Shown piece after piece: positions 51,828 through 55,413 of a DNA stretch of 55,413 bases. The notes below the pieces were generated by a model. It was not told the origin of the DNA, ran no database searches, and worked only from the letters and a program-made list of their open reading frames with translations. The translations under genes were made by a program, and so were the position numbers. Location of the stretch: NCBI GenBank assembly GCA_045586685.1, contig JAZNAU010000050.1, positions 1 through 55,413 of the forward strand. Direction: 5' to 3'. This DNA comes from Clostridia bacterium. Lineage in GTDB: Bacteria > Bacillota > Clostridia > HGM11514. Every line of letters starts with the position of its first letter. The stretch's first letter is position 1.

Positions 51828-53144
51828 ATGGCAAGATATGAAGCAAAGCTTGATATTGGCGGAGAATTTGAAGCAAGTTTTTCCCTGCCGTTATTTACCG
51901 GTGATTCGGGGAATAGTGTTGCTCTTGAATTTTATAATCGGGGAAAGGCTTACGATATGAGCGGTGCGATGATTTATGCCAGACGGGGAGATGGAACCGT
52001 TCTGGCAACTTCAGGAGTAACACAAGGGAACAAAGCGGAGTTTACTTTGTATAATAACATGTACTCTTATCCGGGAGAGCTGCAGGTGCAGGTATCTGTA
52101 GTTGATGTTTATGGGAATTTTTTGACCAGCGGTGTATTGTATTTTACGGTACAAGAAGGGTTTTCTGAGCAGTCGGAAGGGGAGGGAAGCAATGATTTTT
52201 GCAATCTGACTTCCTTGATTAGACAAGTAGGGGAAGGCTTGAGCCAAATTGAACGGGCGGAATCTGCTTCTAATAAGATTGAGTCCTTTTTACAGTCAAT
52301 TGAAAATAGTAAGATTGAACAATTATCAGAATCCGAAGTAGATACATTTCTAGAAGGATATGCCATTGTTACAAGTGATATTTCGTCAGATTCGAATCTT
52401 GTTACCGGAAAACAAAAATGGTTGCTTTTTGCAAGTTTTACTAGTGAACTGGTAAATCGTTATGAAGTTTCGCAGTTAAGATATTATGAAAATAAGTGGC
52501 AAAAGCGAAGCGGACTATGTTTTGAAGGACTGACGGGAGATTGGAATTGTAGTTGGGATGATTGGTCTGACGTAATACCAGATAATCTCATAACCTACAA
52601 AGGTTCTAAACCCTACTATTCAAATTTACCTACTATAGATAATTCTGTTGGTGATGTGTGGAATGTTTTGTATCCAAGCGAAGTATCAATAAAGGCTATG
52701 CCGATTACCGTAACTGATGTTTCATATGAGGAACAAAAAGATGTTTTTGAAGCCATGGGAAGTACCAAGAACTATAAGGACTTTGAAGTAGTAGCGTTAG
52801 AACATGAAGGATTTATCTATAATTCTAATGGACAAAAGGTAGCAAATGGATTTTTTGTCTATTATGATGGTGGTTTTTGTATTTTGTATCTTTCGAATAT
52901 TATAGAAAGAGGAGATTATTATTTTTACTTTATTGATGAATCACTTAGCCAATATCATACAGATTTCTTAAAGTTATACGAAACTGGTGAAGATTGTAAA
53001 TTTATTTGGAATGGTAACGAATGGGAGACCTTTACAGGCAATATGTCAAAGTATGCTACTAAAGATGAAATTGGTGACATCGAAACCGCTCTAACCGAAA
53101 TCGAAGCCCTTCAAAATTCTTACATAGGCGGTGATAGTGCATGA
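51828..53144 (+). CDS. BppU-like baseplate / tail-fibre protein with variable C-terminus
   Basis: N-terminal GDSG..RRGDG..PGELQVQV BppU-like domain; fibre motif YKGS..LP..GDVWNV. Confidence 0.6.
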   Translation: MARYEAKLDIGGEFEASFSLPLFTGDSGNSVALEFYNRGKAYDMSGAMIYARRGDGTVLATSGVTQGNKAEFTLYNNMYSYPGELQVQVSVVDVYGNFLTSGVLYFTVQEGFSEQSEGEGSNDFCNLTSLIRQVGEGLSQIERAESASNKIESFLQSIENSKIEQLSESEVDTFLEGYAIVTSDISSDSNLVTGKQKWLLFASFTSELVNRYEVSQLRYYENKWQKRSGLCFEGLTGDWNCSWDDWSDVIPDNLITYKGSKPYYSNLPTIDNSVGDVWNVLYPSEVSIKAMPITVTDVSYEEQKDVFEAMGSTKNYKDFEVVALEHEGFIYNSNGQKVANGFFVYYDGGFCILYLSNIIERGDYYFYFIDESLSQYHTDFLKLYETGEDCKFIWNGNEWETFTGNMSKYATKDEIGDIETALTEIEALQNSYIGGDSA

Positions 53145-53755
53145 GTATTGCAGAGAAATTGACAACCATTGCAGAGAATGTCCAAAAGGTGTATGAAGCA
53201 GGGGAAAAGTCGGAATATGATAGATTTTGGGATAATTTCCAACGGAATGGAGAGAAAATACCTTATACTTATGCTTTTCAATCTTCGCGTTGGAATGATG
53301 ATAATTATAACCCAAAATACCCTATCAATGCTTCTAACGCAACAAATATATTTGTGAACAATAAAAACATAACTGACACAAAAGTACCTATCATTCTAAC
53401 AGGAACAACGATTAACAATACATTCGCTTGGAGCGGTCTTGTAACAATAAGAGAATTGATAGTTGATGAAACTACAAAGCAAGCATCAAATGCTGCTGGA
53501 TTTATCGGTCTTTCTTCTTTGCAAAACTTAACAATTACAGGGACTATTGCGTTTGATTTAAATTTGATGTCAAGTCCTTTGACTACTGCAAGTGTGTTAA
53601 GTGTTTTAACGGCACTTACGAAAGATTCAACATTAGCAAGCGGAAGAACGGTGACATTTATGTCAGAATTGCAGGCAAGCATAGAAGCAGATATACAATG
53701 TGCTGAACAGATTGCATTAGCGGTTGCGTCAGGTTGGACGGTTGCTTATGCGTAG
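53141..53755 (+). CDS. Hypothetical phage protein, possible fibre-associated solenoid
   Basis: ATGA overlap; LRR/BspA-like spacing; LTTASVLSVL...GWTVA C-terminal cap. Confidence 0.5.
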   Translation: MSIAEKLTTIAENVQKVYEAGEKSEYDRFWDNFQRNGEKIPYTYAFQSSRWNDDNYNPKYPINASNATNIFVNNKNITDTKVPIILTGTTINNTFAWSGLVTIRELIVDETTKQASNAAGFIGLSSLQNLTITGTIAFDLNLMSSPLTTASVLSVLTALTKDSTLASGRTVTFMSELQASIEADIQCAEQIALAVASGWTVAYA

Positions 53756-53767
53756 GAGGTGTAAAAT

Positions 53768-53947
53768 ATGATTATTGATACCATTAAAGTTTTAAAGGCA
53801 GAGGAAGGTATGAGATTGACAGATGGTGACGTCATTGCTAAAGTCGTTCTGCTTCCTGAAAACAGAACTGAAGATGAATTTACAGAGATTACCCAAGCAG
53901 AAGCAGAAGAGAAAATGAAAGAGGTTGAGACAGATGGACTTGCATGA
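53768..53947 (+). CDS. Small 59-aa phage protein, absent from the ORF track
   Basis: RBS AGGAGGTG; MIIDTIKVLKAEEGMRLTDGDVIAKVVLLPENRTEDEFTEITQAEAEEKMKEVETDGLA; fills the gap between its neighbours. Confidence 0.75.
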   Translation: MIIDTIKVLKAEEGMRLTDGDVIAKVVLLPENRTEDEFTEITQAEAEEKMKEVETDGLA

Positions 53948-54236
53948 AAGAGTACAAGCATTAGAACATGATATTCCGAAAATGAGGGAACGTCTCTCTG
54001 CTTTGGAACAGGACGAAAAATCAGTACACAGAAGATTAGGAAATCTGGAACAGCTGACGGAAAGTGTTCATGTTATCGCAACAGAAATCAAAGCAATGCG
54101 GGAAGACGTGAACCAAATCAGGGAGGAGCTGAATACATTAAGAGGTAAGCCGGCAAAACGGATGGAGTTGGTGATTACCGCCTTGATTTCATCTGTTGTA
54201 ACCGGTTTGGTGAGCATGGCATTAAGGGGGTTTTGA
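53934..54236 (+). CDS. XhlA-like coiled-coil lysis accessory protein with a C-terminal TM helix
   Basis: Heptad coiled coil, then VITALISSVVTGLV; directly upstream of the holin. Confidence 0.6.
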   Translation: MDLHERVQALEHDIPKMRERLSALEQDEKSVHRRLGNLEQLTESVHVIATEIKAMREDVNQIREELNTLRGKPAKRMELVITALISSVVTGLVSMALRGF

Positions 54237-54237
54237 C

Positions 54238-54498
54238 ATGACACAAACAATCATTCGAACCATTGTGTTGGTGCTGGCAATTGGGAATCAACTATTGACC
54301 TCGTGGGGGAAAAACCCCTTGCCTTGGTCGGAAGAGGAATTGTACGAGGGCGTAAGTGCGGGGATTACGGCACTCTCCGCTCTGATTTCCTGGTGGAAAA
54401 ATAATTCTTTTACTAAGGAGGCACGGCTTGCTGACCAATATTTAAAAGCATTAAAGGCAGGTGAAAAAAATGGAAGTTGTAAAACAACTGGTGCCTGA
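54238..54498 (+). CDS. Holin, SPP1/XhlB family
   Basis: TIIRTIVLVLAIGNQLL..GKNPLP..SWWKNNSFTKEA..AD. Confidence 0.88.
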   Translation: MTQTIIRTIVLVLAIGNQLLTSWGKNPLPWSEEELYEGVSAGITALSALISWWKNNSFTKEARLADQYLKALKAGEKNGSCKTTGA

Positions 54499-55195
54499 AT
54501 CAAAATGGCCGATAAAATGTCCCTACGAAATGGTTCCAGAATTTGTGGTGGTGCATAATACTGCCAATGATGCCTCTGCAAGAAACGAAATTGCTTATAT
54601 GAACAGTAACGGAGAGTCTACCTCGTTTCATTATGCAGTGGATGATAAAGAGGCGGTTCAGGGAATTTTGGAATCCAGAACCGCATGGCATGCGGGGGAC
54701 GGTGCGGGAGAGGGCAATCTCAAAGGAATCGGCATTGAAATCTGTTACAGCTTAACGGGGGGCGAACGGTTTTTAAAGGCGGAGGACTTGGCGGCAGAAT
54801 TGATTGCCGATATTTTAAACCGTTACGGTTGGGACATTTCCCATGTGACCAAGCATCAGGATTATTCCGGAAAATATTGCCCCCACAGAACGTTAGATTT
54901 GGGTTGGGAACGATTTTTAAATAAAGTGAAAGACAGAATGGGAGGACTTAGTATGACCCAATACGAAGAATTAAAAGCATTGTTGCAGGGGATTGAGACA
55001 AGGCTCTCTGCCATAGAAGGCAAAATGATTTACAATTATATTGATAGCAATATGCCCGATTGGGCAAGACCCACCATTCAAAAGTTGGTGGATAAAAAAT
55101 TGTTGGTTGGCAACGAAAAGGGAGAGCTTGGTTTGACCGAGGAAATGCTCAAACTGTATGTTGTCAATGACAGAGCGGGATTATACAACGAATAA
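54470..55195 (+). CDS. Endolysin, N-acetylmuramoyl-L-alanine amidase (Amidase_2)
   Basis: VVHNTAND; SFHYAVDD; AWHAGDG; IGIEIC; HQDYSGKYCP; C-terminal PDWARPTIQKL..G module. Confidence 0.9.
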   Translation: MEVVKQLVPESKWPIKCPYEMVPEFVVVHNTANDASARNEIAYMNSNGESTSFHYAVDDKEAVQGILESRTAWHAGDGAGEGNLKGIGIEICYSLTGGERFLKAEDLAAELIADILNRYGWDISHVTKHQDYSGKYCPHRTLDLGWERFLNKVKDRMGGLSMTQYEELKALLQGIETRLSAIEGKMIYNYIDSNMPDWARPTIQKLVDKKLLVGNEKGELGLTEEMLKLYVVNDRAGLYNE

Positions 55196-55200
55196 ACAAA

Positions 55201-55235
55201 GGGGATTGTAGCAAATTTAGTTTGCTACAATCCCC
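55201..55235. repeat. Palindromic repeat family A copy 3, bidirectional terminator between the endolysin and metA
   Basis: GGGGATTGTAGCAAA-tttag-TTTGCTACAATCCCC. Confidence 0.75.
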
Positions 55236-55239
55236 TATA

Positions 55240-55413
55240 TTATTTTTTACTCACCTTTGAAATATCATAAGGCGTAATCTGATAAACGTAGTAATTGAGC
55301 CAGTTGGAGTAAAGGAGATTTGCATGAGAACGCCAAGTAACTTGCGGTTTCTTTTTAGGGTTATCATCGGGAAAGTAGTTTTTGGGCACAGCTATTTCCA
55401 ATCCTTTATCCAC
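55240..55413 (-). CDS. metA: Homoserine O-acyltransferase, C-terminal fragment (runs off the window edge)
   Basis: Manual translation: [57 protein letters not shown], the MetA C-terminal signature. Confidence 0.9.
   Translation of the reverse strand: MDKGLEIAVPKNYFPDDNPKKKPQVTWRSHANLLYSNWLNYYVYQITPYDISKVSKK

Larger units (their letters stand above)
42555..55195 (+). mobile_element. Phage-derived head-tail-lysis operon with no integrase, replication genes or terminase (GTA-like candidate or cryptic prophage remnant)
   Basis: 20 co-oriented, tightly packed ORFs in siphophage gene order, flanked directly by pheA and metA. Confidence 0.85.

Noticed and set aside
51004-53755. Diversity-generating retroelement acting on the fibre genes
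   Set aside because: No reverse transcriptase and no template/variable repeat pair is visible in the window.
42555-55195. Tailocin (R- or F-type) or contractile injection system
   Set aside because: Portal, scaffold, capsid and neck genes are present and there is no sheath gene; tailocins lack heads.
42336-55240. Complete inducible prophage with attL/attR
   Set aside because: No integrase, repressor, replication or terminase genes. The two flanks share nothing longer than about 7 bp (TTGTAGC) that I could find.

Overview
A 55.4-kb chromosomal segment from a spore-forming Clostridia-type Firmicute (SLH protein, sigE/sigF-like promoters, CwlJ-like gene). Positions 1-42,400 are mostly housekeeping: a heterodimeric ABC exporter with a WYL regulator, galE, tRNA-Thr(CGT), glyQS, LOG, rsmI, a cwlJ-like/gerQ-like pair, uppP, tRNA-Ala(GGC), an MBOAT/DHHW O-acylation pair, rpoB-rpoC-ybxF-rpsL-rpsG-fusA-tuf, an SSB/PriB-like gene, a tandem glycine riboswitch with an AGCS transporter, asnB, DUF421, a phosphodiester glycosidase-SLH protein, asd-dapA-dapB and aroF-pheA. 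The standout is a compact 12.6-kb, single-strand siphophage (A118-like) head-tail-lysis operon at 42,555-55,195, with apparently intact ORFs. It sits directly between the core genes pheA and metA. I see no integrase, repressor, replication genes, att repeats or terminase. It has a shortened scaffold, a very short tape-measure protein, a terminator-like hairpin in its leader and an AT-rich fibre module. The best reading is a domesticated phage-derived particle, most likely a gene transfer agent (GTA) candidate; this is an inference. Smaller finds are two dispersed palindromic repeat families, a sigF-like promoter nested in a terminator that covers the RBS, sigE-like promoters, Spo0A boxes and an unannotated 59-aa ORF. 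All family calls come from recognising motifs by eye, not from database searches.
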